Positions 45,135 to 55,753 of a stretch of DNA of 64,000 bases are shown here, piece after piece. Numbering within the stretch: the first letter of the stretch is position 1; each line of letters opens with the position of its first letter. Location: the sequence record LC819008.1; one strand, written 5' to 3'. Under the pieces are notes generated by a model. It was not told where the DNA came from. It saw only the letters and a list, made by a program, of their open reading frames with translations, and did no database searches. Both the position numbers and the translations under genes were made by a program.

Positions 45135-46451
45135 TTACTCCTTGTTTTCGTACTGGCGTGCCGACAGTTCAGCGTACTGCAGCGACGCGCTCATGCCGCG
45201 GATCGAGTGCGAAGCGAACGAAGCCGCCGGCTCGTCCATCAGCTTGCGGAACAGCGTTGCCGAAGCCTTCGCCTTCTTCTCGGCGTCGCCCTTCGAATCG
45301 CCGCCTTCGCGCGATTGACCGGCCGCGAACTTTTCGAGCTTCGCGATGAACTTCGCCTTGTTGTTGTTGATGTCGGTGAGGTTGCGCTTGTACTCGCTCA
45401 CTTCACCGGCGAACTTCTCGATCGCTTCCGCGAAGCCGCGGATTTCGTCCGGCGTCAGGACCTTCAGCGTCTTGCCTTCGTCCTTCTTGTCGGACAGCGA
45501 GACCGAGCCGGCCTTGACCTTGTTCGCAGCTTCTTGAGCAGCCTTCACGTCGGCGCCACCTTGTGCCTTCGGCACTGCGATGTACACGACGGATTCGCCC
45601 GGGAAGCGCGAGGTCACGAACACGGCGACGTCGCTTTCAGCCGTCACGCGCTTGGCCGTACCGGCGTCAGCTTGCTTCAGGCCGTATTCAGCCGGCGACA
45701 CGCCTTCCGTACGATCGTTCGCGAGGTCCGTTGCCTTGCCGAAGACGTCCGAGAATGCCTTTTGCTGGCTGAACAGCTTCTTCGCTTCAGCAGCCAGACC
45801 TTGCAGGTCGGCGGTCTTGACCGGCTGGCCGTTCACGCGCACGCTGTTGTACAGCGAGTCGTTTTCGAGGTTCGGCTCGGTAGCCTGGCCCGACAGCTTC
45901 GTGGTCGATTCCTTCAGCTTCTGAGCGCGCGATTGCAGACGCTCGGCCGCGCCGAAGATCTTGTTGAAGAAGTTGCGGACCCACTCGATCGACTTCTTGA
46001 TCGCGTCGACGATCGATTGCCAGATCTTCTTGGCGGAGATTTCGAGCGCTTCGACCGTGGCCTTGCCCAGTGCCGCGCGGTTCGTGCGCGTACGGAACGA
46101 TTCCGACGACGGGATGCCGAGTTGCTTGTACGTCACGCCGATGCGTGCGACCTTGAGCAGCGTTTCGACGGACGTTTCGATGATCTCGGCCGTGTTCTCG
46201 TCGATGCCTTCGCCTTCGTTCGCTTCCGCGACTTGTTCGGCGATGGTTTCCAGGCCGTCGGCTGCAACAGCAGCTGCGTCGATCTGGTCGTTGCCCGTGT
46301 TGATCGCTGCTTCGTCGGCGTTGATTTCGCTGACGGCCGATGCCAGGGTGTTGGTTTCGTCCGGAGCGATTGCGTCAGCGCCGGTCATGGTGTCTGCGGC
46401 GTCGAAGTTTTCGTTCGAGTGCAGGATGCCGCTTTGCGGAAGGAAAGACAT
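45135..46451 (-). CDS. Abundant internal head protein, phiKZ gp93-97-like family
   Basis: SNE, SSE and ALE motifs of the S/A/G-X-E head protease type; ALE-ISAKKIWQSIVDAIKKSIEWVRNFF helix; extreme codon bias. Confidence 0.75.
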   Translation of the reverse strand: MSFLPQSGILHSNENFDAADTMTGADAIAPDETNTLASAVSEINADEAAINTGNDQIDAAAVAADGLETIAEQVAEANEGEGIDENTAEIIETSVETLLKVARIGVTYKQLGIPSSESFRTRTNRAALGKATVEALEISAKKIWQSIVDAIKKSIEWVRNFFNKIFGAAERLQSRAQKLKESTTKLSGQATEPNLENDSLYNSVRVNGQPVKTADLQGLAAEAKKLFSQQKAFSDVFGKATDLANDRTEGVSPAEYGLKQADAGTAKRVTAESDVAVFVTSRFPGESVVYIAVPKAQGGADVKAAQEAANKVKAGSVSLSDKKDEGKTLKVLTPDEIRGFAEAIEKFAGEVSEYKRNLTDINNNKAKFIAKLEKFAAGQSREGGDSKGDAEKKAKASATLFRKLMDEPAASFASHSIRGMSASLQYAELSARQYENKE

Positions 46452-46583
46452 GTTGGATTACTCCATTGCAATGAAGGTTACTAAGAGGCCCTTAGTTTAA
46501 AACACCTACTCTCGTAGGATCCTGAAAAACGTGCATTCTAAACTATATGCCTAAAATACACGTTTTAGTTTCTCACCAAACAA

Positions 46584-47168
46584 TTAAGAGCCAAAGAACA
46601 CGCGAAGGGTGAAAAGCATATCGCTCAAACCATCCCGTTGTCCCAGCCATGTACGCAGGAAGTCCCGGATGAGAACGGGTTCGTTGTTGTAGCGCCCCAA
46701 GAGGAACTCGCGTGTTGCGATCCCAATCGTCCAGGCATTGTGCTTACCGATGTCCAGTGTGTCCACATAGATCATCGGATGATACTTCCGGAACCCCGTG
46801 TACACGTAGCAGACCGTCTCGTCAACGAAACGATTTTGCATCGTGTCAAAATATGGGTTCTGTTTCTGTTTTTCGATCCATTCGTTGATGGTCAAGGTGC
46901 CAAACGAGCCGAGGGCAGCTCGATACAGGCGTTCGCGAAAAGCGAAATCCCGCTTGAGCATGTCCTCGTGCTTCGTGACCTCTTTCCAGAGTTCCTCGAT
47001 GTCCGCGTTCGGAGTGAGGTCATTAGCCTCAGACTCCAAAGTGATACGCCGAGTTGCGGCACCTATAAGATCCACCTGAATGGGTTTGTTCACCTGAGCC
47101 TTACGGTACTCGATGGGGGCACCGAGAAAACCGTTCGGATAGAGTTTCAACCCACCGAAGATCTTCAT
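46584..47168 (-). CDS. phiKZ-like virion-associated protein
   Basis: 194 aa; TAATG-coupled; contains a TLE motif. Confidence 0.55.
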   Translation of the reverse strand: MKIFGGLKLYPNGFLGAPIEYRKAQVNKPIQVDLIGAATRRITLESEANDLTPNADIEELWKEVTKHEDMLKRDFAFRERLYRAALGSFGTLTINEWIEKQKQNPYFDTMQNRFVDETVCYVYTGFRKYHPMIYVDTLDIGKHNAWTIGIATREFLLGRYNNEPVLIRDFLRTWLGQRDGLSDMLFTLRVFFGS

Positions 47169-48058
47169 TACTGCATCTCCTCTTCGGCTTTGTTGATTTT
47201 GTAAATCAAGCCTTCCGACTTATCGCGCAGGAGTTTGATCTCCTTCTCGACTTGCGGGTTGGACTTGCCGGCTTGCGCTTCTTCCAGCAGCAAAATACGC
47301 GACTGGATGCGACGCAGGTCTTCCTGCGCCTCTTTGTAGCGCCATGCCTGGAACTCGACGATCCACTTGCCGATATGGAAGAACGGGTTCAGGCTGACCG
47401 GGATGAAACCCATTTTGAACGGGTCCATCTTCAGACGGCCGAAGAGCGCGTTGTTGTCGTCGCTTTCCACGTCGACCTTCACGTTCGGGATCTCGTCGAA
47501 CTTCGACTTGAACTTGTCGTCCGACAGCGCTTCGAGGGTTTCCAGGAAGAACGGGAAACGTGCGTCGACCCAGGCAGCTTCGCCCTTGGACATGTTTTCC
47601 TTCTGGTAGTCCTCGTACATGCCGATGGCTTCGGTTTCGTAGATCGTGACTGCCTCGACGAACTTGCGCAGGAAACGATTCAGGAACGAAGCGTTGTCCA
47701 CCAGTTGCATCATGACAGCCGAGCGATGATCGATCGTTGCCTGCGATACCGTTTCGGGCATCGACTTGCGGATTTCCTGAGCCAGGATATCCAGGTTCTT
47801 CTGAACCTTGTGCAGACGATCCTTCAGGTCTTCGATCACGCTCGCGTTGCGTCCCAGGCGGAATGCTTCGCGATACTTCTCTTCGTAACCGAGGACCATT
47901 TCCGACTTGGCCTTGCGGGTTTTGAACGCCGCAGCAGCGGTGTTGTAGATCGGCATGACCTTGGTGCTCAGATCTTGCTGAACCACTTCCAGCGAGGCCA
48001 GTACTTCATCCTTGCTGGTCACACCTTTGAGCGACTTGACGTATGCGTTGATATTCAT
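47168..48058 (-). CDS. phiKZ-like head structural protein
   Basis: 296 aa; high GC3; C-terminal coiled coil; synteny. Confidence 0.65.
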   Translation of the reverse strand: MNINAYVKSLKGVTSKDEVLASLEVVQQDLSTKVMPIYNTAAAAFKTRKAKSEMVLGYEEKYREAFRLGRNASVIEDLKDRLHKVQKNLDILAQEIRKSMPETVSQATIDHRSAVMMQLVDNASFLNRFLRKFVEAVTIYETEAIGMYEDYQKENMSKGEAAWVDARFPFFLETLEALSDDKFKSKFDEIPNVKVDVESDDNNALFGRLKMDPFKMGFIPVSLNPFFHIGKWIVEFQAWRYKEAQEDLRRIQSRILLLEEAQAGKSNPQVEKEIKLLRDKSEGLIYKINKAEEEMQ

Positions 48059-48074
48059 GTTGGCGGCCTTGCTG

Positions 48075-49175
48075 TTAGAAGCTCGGAGCGTTGCCGAGCT
48101 GGTAAGCTTTCAGAATATCGGTGATCGACGTGCTGTCCTTCTGGTTGGCCGCCTTGCACTCGCGGATCGACAGATCCGACACCGACGGGATACCGGTCGT
48201 GTAGAACTGCACACGGTCGTATTCCGTATCCATCACGGCCACAATGAACAGCCCCGTTGCATCGAACAGCTTCTGGCGAGCCTTGAAGTTGCTGAACTTG
48301 TCGTTCATCGCCAGTTCGACCTTCTTGATGGTTTCCGTCGTGGTCACCACCAGGTTCGTCGAGTTTGCCACCGACGGGTTGAGCGAGAGCAGGCCGGAGA
48401 GCTTGTTGCCACGACGCTGGTTGGCCAGTGCCGTGTACACGCCCGACTTGTCTTGCATCAGGTTCTTCTTGTGTTCCTTCACGAGATCACGTGCCGTGAG
48501 CAGATCGACCAGGTTGATCTGGCCGCTGCGGTACTTGATCCATCGCGTGGACACGTCATTGTCGACATGGCCCGTCGAGAGCAGCTGCGAGAGCAGATCC
48601 GGAACCATCGTCGATGCTTGCAGACGAATGAGAACCGGGAGCGTACCCTTGTTGCCGCCAGCGGAGATCTGGACTTCCAGCAGCTTGCCGACAGACAGGT
48701 TGCTCGCTTCCTTGATCACTTCCGTCGAACGCGATGCCAGACCACCCGGTTCCGAGATTTCATTCTCGCCACCGAGCATCTGCGAAGCTTCGTTCGAAAT
48801 CGACTTGAACGACGGCAAACGATGCTTGAAGCTTTCGTTGGACATCGTCCAGATCGCGCCGGCAGTGTCGATGGCGCTGTCTTTCGGATTGCGGTTGGGA
48901 TTGAGCTTGTCCAGGTGACGAGCCACCGCGATGTTGTCGATGCTTGCCTGGAGCATGTTCCAGGACAGCAGATAGTATGCCGAAAAAGCCGAATGCAGTG
49001 ACTGGGTCACTGTGGGCGTATTTTCGTTGAAGAGCACACTGGAGTCGACGATCATCAGGGGTTCGACGCGGACATTGCGCGTGTAGTCGACGTACGAATC
49101 GGCAGTGCCGGAACGCATTGCGTCGATTACTTTGCCAGCGGTAACGAGGCCGGCTTCTCCAAGCTTTTCAAGCAT
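48075..49175 (-). CDS. phiKZ-like head structural protein
   Basis: Start moved to ATG 49175 (MLEKLG); VRVEPLMIVD and NLSVGKLLEV motifs; SNE cleavage-type motifs. Confidence 0.7.
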   Translation of the reverse strand: MLEKLGEAGLVTAGKVIDAMRSGTADSYVDYTRNVRVEPLMIVDSSVLFNENTPTVTQSLHSAFSAYYLLSWNMLQASIDNIAVARHLDKLNPNRNPKDSAIDTAGAIWTMSNESFKHRLPSFKSISNEASQMLGGENEISEPGGLASRSTEVIKEASNLSVGKLLEVQISAGGNKGTLPVLIRLQASTMVPDLLSQLLSTGHVDNDVSTRWIKYRSGQINLVDLLTARDLVKEHKKNLMQDKSGVYTALANQRRGNKLSGLLSLNPSVANSTNLVVTTTETIKKVELAMNDKFSNFKARQKLFDATGLFIVAVMDTEYDRVQFYTTGIPSVSDLSIRECKAANQKDSTSITDILKAYQLGNAPSF

Positions 49176-49207
49176 GATTTTATTCCTCGGGATAACAGGA
49201 CTTTTAA

Positions 49208-50476
49208 ATGGATAACAGATTAGATCTAACGATCGACCAGATCTATTCACTCGGGAAAAACGGGTCGGAGACCTTGCAAGCCGGGTTGGATCGAATCTAC
49301 AATTCGACGCCTCTCGGTCCGTTGCCGAGTAACATGGTCAACACGATTTACGGTATCAACCACCGACAGACTCAGTTGGCTTTGCCTTTCAACCGCGACA
49401 ATTATGGTTTAACATTCTTTACGCGGCCGAGGTTGAACCTGACCACAAACAACATTCGTTTTGTTCGGCAAATGTATCCGTTGTTGAACACGGAGCCACG
49501 GTCTATTCAGCGGATCATCCGTTGCCTGCTGGATCCCTCACTGGCCTATCCAGACACGCAATACACTCAGATCCAACCTGTCAAGTCGCCCTATGTGGAC
49601 GACCTGAATATGTTTATTCCACTGCTGTCCAACCTCTGTCTGACTATTTCGGGGTGGCCTGATTACGTCGTCGATACGCATACGACGCCCGAGGGTCACT
49701 ACCGGGAATCGCACAGCATGGTCGACAGCAGTATTGAAGTTAAAAACACATACGAATTGTCGGCTTCCTTTCGGAACATACCGAATAATCCGGTCACATT
49801 ATTGTTTTATTTCTGGATCTTCTACGCATCGAAGGTCTTTGAAGGTGAAATGATTCCGTATGGCTCCTCGCTGTACGAAAATGAGATCGATTACAACACC
49901 CGAATCTACCGTCTGGTGCTGGATCCGACCAAGCGTTACGTTCAGCATATCTTGTCGACTGGGGCGTCTTTCCCCCTCAATGCACCGGTTGGTGCGCTGG
50001 GTAACTTCGACCACGATCAGCCCTTCAATGAATCAGGGGATAACGTCAACATCCGCTTCCAATGCATCGGAATGGATTACAACGATCCGATCCAGATTCA
50101 GGAGTTTAACTCCGCTGTGACGATCATGAATCCTGGCATGGGCGATGGTTACCGTGACCAGTTCTACATCAAGATTCCTTACCAGATCCTCTCGTTCTTC
50201 AATATGCGTGGTTATCCTCGTATCGAGAAGAGCACGATGGAACTGGAATGGTACGTGTCCTACGCGATGTTCCAGTCGTATGCCGCTCAGTTGAGTGACT
50301 TCGCCAATATCCAGGGCATGCGCAACCAGACATTCTTGCAATATATTTCCGCAGGCGACACCTCTAATTATAAGAAAGCCTTGGAAGACCTGGATACCGA
50401 GAACCTGAATCAGACGTTTAACGGCGGCATCATTAAAGCTGATGTCAACGCGAACTCTGGTTCCTCACAGACTTAA
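49208..50476 (+). CDS. phiKZ-like virion structural protein (baseplate region)
   Basis: 422 aa; GLTFFTRPRLNLT motif; divergent from the head block as in recalled phiKZ synteny. Confidence 0.65.
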   Translation: MDNRLDLTIDQIYSLGKNGSETLQAGLDRIYNSTPLGPLPSNMVNTIYGINHRQTQLALPFNRDNYGLTFFTRPRLNLTTNNIRFVRQMYPLLNTEPRSIQRIIRCLLDPSLAYPDTQYTQIQPVKSPYVDDLNMFIPLLSNLCLTISGWPDYVVDTHTTPEGHYRESHSMVDSSIEVKNTYELSASFRNIPNNPVTLLFYFWIFYASKVFEGEMIPYGSSLYENEIDYNTRIYRLVLDPTKRYVQHILSTGASFPLNAPVGALGNFDHDQPFNESGDNVNIRFQCIGMDYNDPIQIQEFNSAVTIMNPGMGDGYRDQFYIKIPYQILSFFNMRGYPRIEKSTMELEWYVSYAMFQSYAAQLSDFANIQGMRNQTFLQYISAGDTSNYKKALEDLDTENLNQTFNGGIIKADVNANSGSSQT

Positions 50477-50490
50477 CTGGAGCCATTTTA

Positions 50491-53409
50491 ATGGGCACTA
50501 TCCGTGACATCATGAACGACGCGCTGGCGGCGTCCTATGACCCTAGCGGTCAGTTCAGAGCGTCGATGCGCACGCTCGTAGCAATCATGAATGGGGAGAT
50601 CGATGACGTCTCTCCGGCCAACCCCGTGGTGATGACCATCGAAAACACGGGTGCGTTGATCGCGGCGTTCACTGAGAGCATGCAGACTCAGACTCAGCGA
50701 CTCCTGCAGGTGAACGCTCTGACGCCTGAGGACCTTTATCCTCACATGGCGGACGTACACTTCACCAACATCTTCAATCTGCCAGCCAAGTCGACATTCA
50801 CTCTGATTCTGGATAAGAAAGAAATCCTGAACCAGATGAAGCCGATTCCTGGCACGATGTCGAGCAAGGTGACGATTCCTCGCAACTCGTACTTTACGGT
50901 CTCGGATTACGTCTTCGGTATTCACTATCCGATCGATATCATCCAACAGGTGCATGGTGGAATTCGTGTTCAGTATGACACGAGTATGCCGACTGCTCTG
51001 GAAGCGTTGTCGACCAACATCCTGAATACGCGTGAAGTTCAGCGTGACGGGGTGACGTATCTGGCAATCGACATCGACGTCTTCCAGTTCGACATCGCGA
51101 GCAAGACGCCGGTAGTGACCCAAGGCACTACCTTCAGCTTCAACGTGGCGACCACGGATCTGTATTACGCGACCCGTGTCTACATGACGAATGCTGACGG
51201 CTCGTACTCCGAGATCCCGGTAACGTACAGCGAGAAGATCTATGATCCTCTCAAGCCGTGTGCTGTGGTGAAACTGAGTGATGGGAACGTCAATGTTTCC
51301 ATCCCGCAGATCTACATCAACCAGGGCATCATTCTGGGCACGCTGCGCATCGACGTCTACACCACGAAGGGACCGCTCCAGACCGATTTCTCCAGTTTCG
51401 CTATTGGTTCGGTAGGCTACCGCTTCAGAGACCTCGATAAGAACGCTGTAACGACGTATACGGCCCCGATGACGCAGTTGGATACCTGCATCATACTGGC
51501 GGAGCAGCCCGTCTCTGGCGGCGCTCTGGCGATGACCTTCGACGAGTTGCGTACAGCCGTGATTGCCGACGCAATTGGTGATCCGAACCTGCCGATCACG
51601 CCTGCCCAGATTCAGAACTTCATCACGCGTCTTGGCTACGACGTCATCAAGAATACCGACATCGTAACCGACCGTGTGTTCCTGGGCACGAAGAACATGC
51701 CGGACCCGACCGATCCGTCTTTGCTCACTGCTGCGAACGCTTCTATCGAAACGATGAATGCGGCGTTCACCGATCTGATTGGTAACTCGGCAGTGATCGA
51801 CAACACGGCGGATTCGAACTCCATTACCTTGACGCCTAAGGCTATCTACCAGTTGGTCGATGGCATGCTCAAGCTGGTGGACGACTCGACTCTTGCTTCG
51901 ATCAATGCAATGCGCAGTGATCTGAAGGCAACTTACATCACCAATGGTGGTTTCCTCTATTCGCCGTATTACTACGTGCTGGATAAGAGCAACAACCAGT
52001 TCCGTCTTGCGCCTTACTACCTGGATAATCCTCAGGTGCTGTCGCAGACGTTCGTCGAAGACAACGAAGGCACGCTCCTGCAAGTCAACACCAACGGGTA
52101 CACGCTGGTGAAGACGGACTCGGGCTACACGCTTCGTCTGACAGTCAAATCCAACGACGACTACAAGGCTTTGCAGGACACGGACGTACAGTGTCTGCTG
52201 GGCTTTAAGTCGCCCACGGAAGAAGATCCCTGCTGGCTCACGGGTACGCTCTACGGAACGGATCCCACGAGCAAGGAACGGATCTGGGAATTCGATCTCT
52301 CGTCCAAGTTCGCTATGGATGTCACCGATCGGATTGACTTCCGTAACTTCAAGATGTACGACACGACCGCCAAGACGATCTTCGCAAGCCTCACGCAAGA
52401 CTTCACGGTTATCTACGCGACTCAATCGCAAATGGGTAACCTCTTCGTGCCTGGCCTGATCGACGCACTGCTTCCGCGTTATCTGGTCGGCCTGAATAGC
52501 AAGGCGATCTGTCAGGAGAAGCTGACGCTGCAGTTCGGTCAAGCTTTGTCCAACCTCTGGGCACGTGCTCGTTCGGTTGCTTCCACGATCGAATACGAAA
52601 CGTACCCGACCGACGTTATCCTGCGCTACACGGACGACGTCTGGAAGGTGGATCCGGCAACCAACAGCACGATCTTCATGGTCGATGGCAAGCCGACACG
52701 TATTCTTCTGCATGCGAAGAACGATCCGATCCTGGATGCCAATGGCAATCAGCAGGTTCAGTATCCGGCTGGTTCGATCGTGTATGACTACACGCAGAAT
52801 CCGCCTGTGCCGATCGTCAAGAACGTTCGTTATCTGAAACATCGCTTCGAGCTCTTCCTGATCGAAGGCGTCTATGCGTTCAGTAACGACGACATCGCTG
52901 TTGCCTATCGTAACACTGTTGCTCAGACGGTGGCTTCGTGGGTGACAACCGACATGGTGAACGTTCAGAAGGCTTCGATGGATAAGACGCGAGTCTACTT
53001 CTATCCGAAGACTATCTTCGGCACCATCGAGGTTGTGGTGGCCGATGGCATCATCCAGCAGATCTCGGCAGGTCAACGTTTCGACGTTGCTCTGACTGTG
53101 ACCAAGGAAGTCTATCAGGACGACGTTAAACGTCAGCTGCTGACCAATCAGACCACGACGGTGATTGCCGCCTATCTGAAAGGTCAAACGCTTTCCAACA
53201 GCGACATCGTGGAACAACTTCGTGCAAGTTATGGCGAAGACGTTCTGGATGCTCAAGTATCGCTCTTTGGCGATGCTGCGAACATTCCGGTGATGCAGTT
53301 GGTCAATGAAGTTCACTGTTGCGGTATTCGTAAACGACTGGTGTCGCGTGACGACAACAAGCTGGTCGTGCAGGAAGACATCAACGTGACCTTCACGATG
53401 ATTCAGTAA
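50491..53409 (+). CDS. Large phiKZ-like virion structural protein (baseplate wedge-like)
   Basis: 972 aa; GGAG SD; size and position match the conserved gene pair. Confidence 0.65.
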   Translation: MGTIRDIMNDALAASYDPSGQFRASMRTLVAIMNGEIDDVSPANPVVMTIENTGALIAAFTESMQTQTQRLLQVNALTPEDLYPHMADVHFTNIFNLPAKSTFTLILDKKEILNQMKPIPGTMSSKVTIPRNSYFTVSDYVFGIHYPIDIIQQVHGGIRVQYDTSMPTALEALSTNILNTREVQRDGVTYLAIDIDVFQFDIASKTPVVTQGTTFSFNVATTDLYYATRVYMTNADGSYSEIPVTYSEKIYDPLKPCAVVKLSDGNVNVSIPQIYINQGIILGTLRIDVYTTKGPLQTDFSSFAIGSVGYRFRDLDKNAVTTYTAPMTQLDTCIILAEQPVSGGALAMTFDELRTAVIADAIGDPNLPITPAQIQNFITRLGYDVIKNTDIVTDRVFLGTKNMPDPTDPSLLTAANASIETMNAAFTDLIGNSAVIDNTADSNSITLTPKAIYQLVDGMLKLVDDSTLASINAMRSDLKATYITNGGFLYSPYYYVLDKSNNQFRLAPYYLDNPQVLSQTFVEDNEGTLLQVNTNGYTLVKTDSGYTLRLTVKSNDDYKALQDTDVQCLLGFKSPTEEDPCWLTGTLYGTDPTSKERIWEFDLSSKFAMDVTDRIDFRNFKMYDTTAKTIFASLTQDFTVIYATQSQMGNLFVPGLIDALLPRYLVGLNSKAICQEKLTLQFGQALSNLWARARSVASTIEYETYPTDVILRYTDDVWKVDPATNSTIFMVDGKPTRILLHAKNDPILDANGNQQVQYPAGSIVYDYTQNPPVPIVKNVRYLKHRFELFLIEGVYAFSNDDIAVAYRNTVAQTVASWVTTDMVNVQKASMDKTRVYFYPKTIFGTIEVVVADGIIQQISAGQRFDVALTVTKEVYQDDVKRQLLTNQTTTVIAAYLKGQTLSNSDIVEQLRASYGEDVLDAQVSLFGDAANIPVMQLVNEVHCCGIRKRLVSRDDNKLVVQEDINVTFTMIQ

Positions 53410-53420
53410 CATAGATGAAC

Positions 53421-53454
53421 CATACACACCTGGGCGTAAGCCCAGGTGTGTATG
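53421..53454. terminator. Bidirectional hairpin terminator
   Basis: CATACACACCTGGGC-GTAA-GCCCAGGTGTGTATG, 15-bp perfect stem between convergent genes. Confidence 0.85.
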
Positions 53455-53465
53455 TGCTCTTTCGT

Positions 53466-55250
53466 TTATTCGTCTTTTTTCTCTTGACCCGTCACGATAC
53501 GGAGAGCGTTCTCAGCTTCCGACGTAGACATGGTAATCGAAGGACGATCGTCATCTTCATCATCCGCGCCACCGAACGACACCTTCAGGTGCTTAACGGA
53601 GACGAACGGCAGCATGTGTTGGTTGACTGTCGATTCCTGAGCTTCCTTGCTCAGATCCGACAGATCATCCACGAGTTCTTCCAACGAAGGCGGAACCATC
53701 TCACCCACCTTGTTGTAAAGCGCCACAAGACCAGCTGCGTTCTTCCTCAGCGTACTCACGACGTCTGCTGCGTTCTTGGTGACTTCCGTGTAAACACGGG
53801 AGATCTCCGCATACACACGCATCAAGCCGGCGTAGTTCTCCGTCAAGACGCGTTGCAGGCGAATGATCGATTCAGCTTGCGCTTTACGTTCCGGGCGCGA
53901 AGGATCACGCGCAGCAGTTTTCTGAAGACCGCGTGATGCGCCTTCGAGATGTTGCAGGGCAGGCTGAGACTTCTTCAGCAGTTCGATGAAGACGATCATG
54001 CCGCGCCAGTCTACTTCCTTCAGGCGACGCACACCGATCTGGTAACCAGAGAGCAGTTCTTCCAGATCGTTGAAGTTCGGCTCTTTCGAACCAGCTTCAT
54101 GAATGCTGTTGCGAAGAGTCGATGCCCATTCGCCCGCCGTCATGAACGTGTGGGTGCCGATCTTGAATGCAGCTGGTCGTTCGTCGGAAATGGATGCCAA
54201 CGAAAGAAGACCGGTGCGTTCCTTATCCCAACCTGCGCTGGGGGGTGCATTGCCTTGCGTGAAAGCAGACGTCGCTTCCTTGCCGGCAGCAAATGCTGCT
54301 TCGAGAGCGTCCAGTTCGGATGACATGATCTTGCTGTAGCTGTTGAAGCCTTCGAACGACGACGTGATGAGCGACATCGCATCGCTACGTTCTTGAGCGA
54401 AAACAACACGAGCGTAACGGCTCGGCTTTCTCATGTACTCCAGAACTTCTTTGCCACCTTCAACGCCCATCAGTGCTTCGCCCAGGTCGATCTTCAGGAA
54501 GTGCTCGCGCTTTGCCTTCGGATCGATCTTGGTGTTGTCCAGCAGGTCGGGGATTTCAGCGATGATCTGGTCTTGAACCGACACAGGCAGCGAGGACTTG
54601 CGGACTTCCTCGTGACTGATCGCATTGGGCATGCGAATGTTCAGTTCTTTACCCCGCGTAGCTCGGACCTTGCTGACGGTGCGATCGAGGACCTTCTCCT
54701 GCTTGTCCACTTTCTTCTCGGATTCACGGACACCCTGCTCCGCTTTATCCAGATTACCGCCGCCGCTACCACCACTCGATCCACCACCACTGCCAAACAG
54801 CCAGTTGATGAACTTGTAGATGATAGCGACGAGGAAAGCAGCCGCCGCAGCAATCACTACCCACATCTGGGTCGAGAGGGCTTCGAGACTCGGCTCGTAG
54901 CCAACGCCCGAAACATCTTCGGTGAAGTAGTTGGGCTTGACGTGGGATTCGAGCGACGGAACGAGTTCCAGAAGCTCGTAAGCCATCCCACGACTCATGC
55001 CCTTGTTCTTCTTCATGCGGCGTTCCAGGTCAATCAGGCGATTGACGTAGGATTCGGTCGAGATGATCAGATCGATGTCGTCCTTCATCTCCGGGAACTG
55101 GTTAGCCAATTCCGGTTGCTTGAAGAAGTTCGTATCCGGCATCTCGAAGCCGCTGTTGGGACCGCCCTCAGCTGCGGACTGCATAGCCTGAGCGCGGATC
55201 TCCTCGTTGTCGTTGAACTTGTCCCACGTGAAAAGCGAATCACCACGCAT
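53466..55250 (-). CDS. Head protein with propeptide and a hydrophobic helix
   Basis: STE and SLE motifs, followed by SLE-ALSTQMWVVIAAAAAFLVAIIYKFINWLFG. Confidence 0.65.
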   Translation of the reverse strand: MRGDSLFTWDKFNDNEEIRAQAMQSAAEGGPNSGFEMPDTNFFKQPELANQFPEMKDDIDLIISTESYVNRLIDLERRMKKNKGMSRGMAYELLELVPSLESHVKPNYFTEDVSGVGYEPSLEALSTQMWVVIAAAAAFLVAIIYKFINWLFGSGGGSSGGSGGGNLDKAEQGVRESEKKVDKQEKVLDRTVSKVRATRGKELNIRMPNAISHEEVRKSSLPVSVQDQIIAEIPDLLDNTKIDPKAKREHFLKIDLGEALMGVEGGKEVLEYMRKPSRYARVVFAQERSDAMSLITSSFEGFNSYSKIMSSELDALEAAFAAGKEATSAFTQGNAPPSAGWDKERTGLLSLASISDERPAAFKIGTHTFMTAGEWASTLRNSIHEAGSKEPNFNDLEELLSGYQIGVRRLKEVDWRGMIVFIELLKKSQPALQHLEGASRGLQKTAARDPSRPERKAQAESIIRLQRVLTENYAGLMRVYAEISRVYTEVTKNAADVVSTLRKNAAGLVALYNKVGEMVPPSLEELVDDLSDLSKEAQESTVNQHMLPFVSVKHLKVSFGGADDEDDDRPSITMSTSEAENALRIVTGQEKKDE

Positions 55251-55261
55251 GGCGGGTCACC

Positions 55262-55738
55262 TCACGAGAGCGAGATCTTGTTGCACTCGCGCAACTTGCA
55301 GATGAGCAGGTTGGCCAGTTGGAGAACCGACGATGCCTGCATGCCGACTTCCTTGATGGCATTCCACACTTCGACCGGCATGATCGGAGCGATACCCAAC
55401 GCGGTAGCCAGGAATTCGAATTCCGGGTTCACGTTGTAGTCGCACGCTTCTCCGTTCAGGATGCGGCTGCGCAGCAGGAACATCATCTTCGCGGCTTCAC
55501 AAGCTGCTTGCACGTCGATGAGCATTTCTTCGTTCAGGAACGAGACCGCACGCGCGACGTTTGCCGTGTGCACATCTGCGAACACCGTCATCGGGTTCAG
55601 TTCGTTGCCGATCTTCGGAACGAGGTGGTTGCCGATTGCCATGCCGATGATGACCGGCAGGATCAGGCGACGCTTGGCGGAATCGGGCAGCATGAGGCTG
55701 ACCTTGCCAGCGAATTCTTGGACTTCGAAATTCTGCAT
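55262..55738 (-). CDS. phiKZ-like virion-associated protein
   Basis: 158 aa within the structural operon. Confidence 0.6.
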   Translation of the reverse strand: MQNFEVQEFAGKVSLMLPDSAKRRLILPVIIGMAIGNHLVPKIGNELNPMTVFADVHTANVARAVSFLNEEMLIDVQAACEAAKMMFLLRSRILNGEACDYNVNPEFEFLATALGIAPIMPVEVWNAIKEVGMQASSVLQLANLLICKLRECNKISLS

Positions 55739-55753
55739 GATGGTGACCTGTGG

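Noticed and set aside
50488-53427. 979-aa antisense ORF spanning the large structural gene; similar long antisense ORFs at 6252-7718, 15778-17694, 28980-30227, 43722-45023, 45207-46484 and 55319-57124
   Set aside because: They mirror real genes codon for codon. Avoidance of TTA, CTA and TCA in the sense frame removes antisense stops. The translations have no recognisable motifs.
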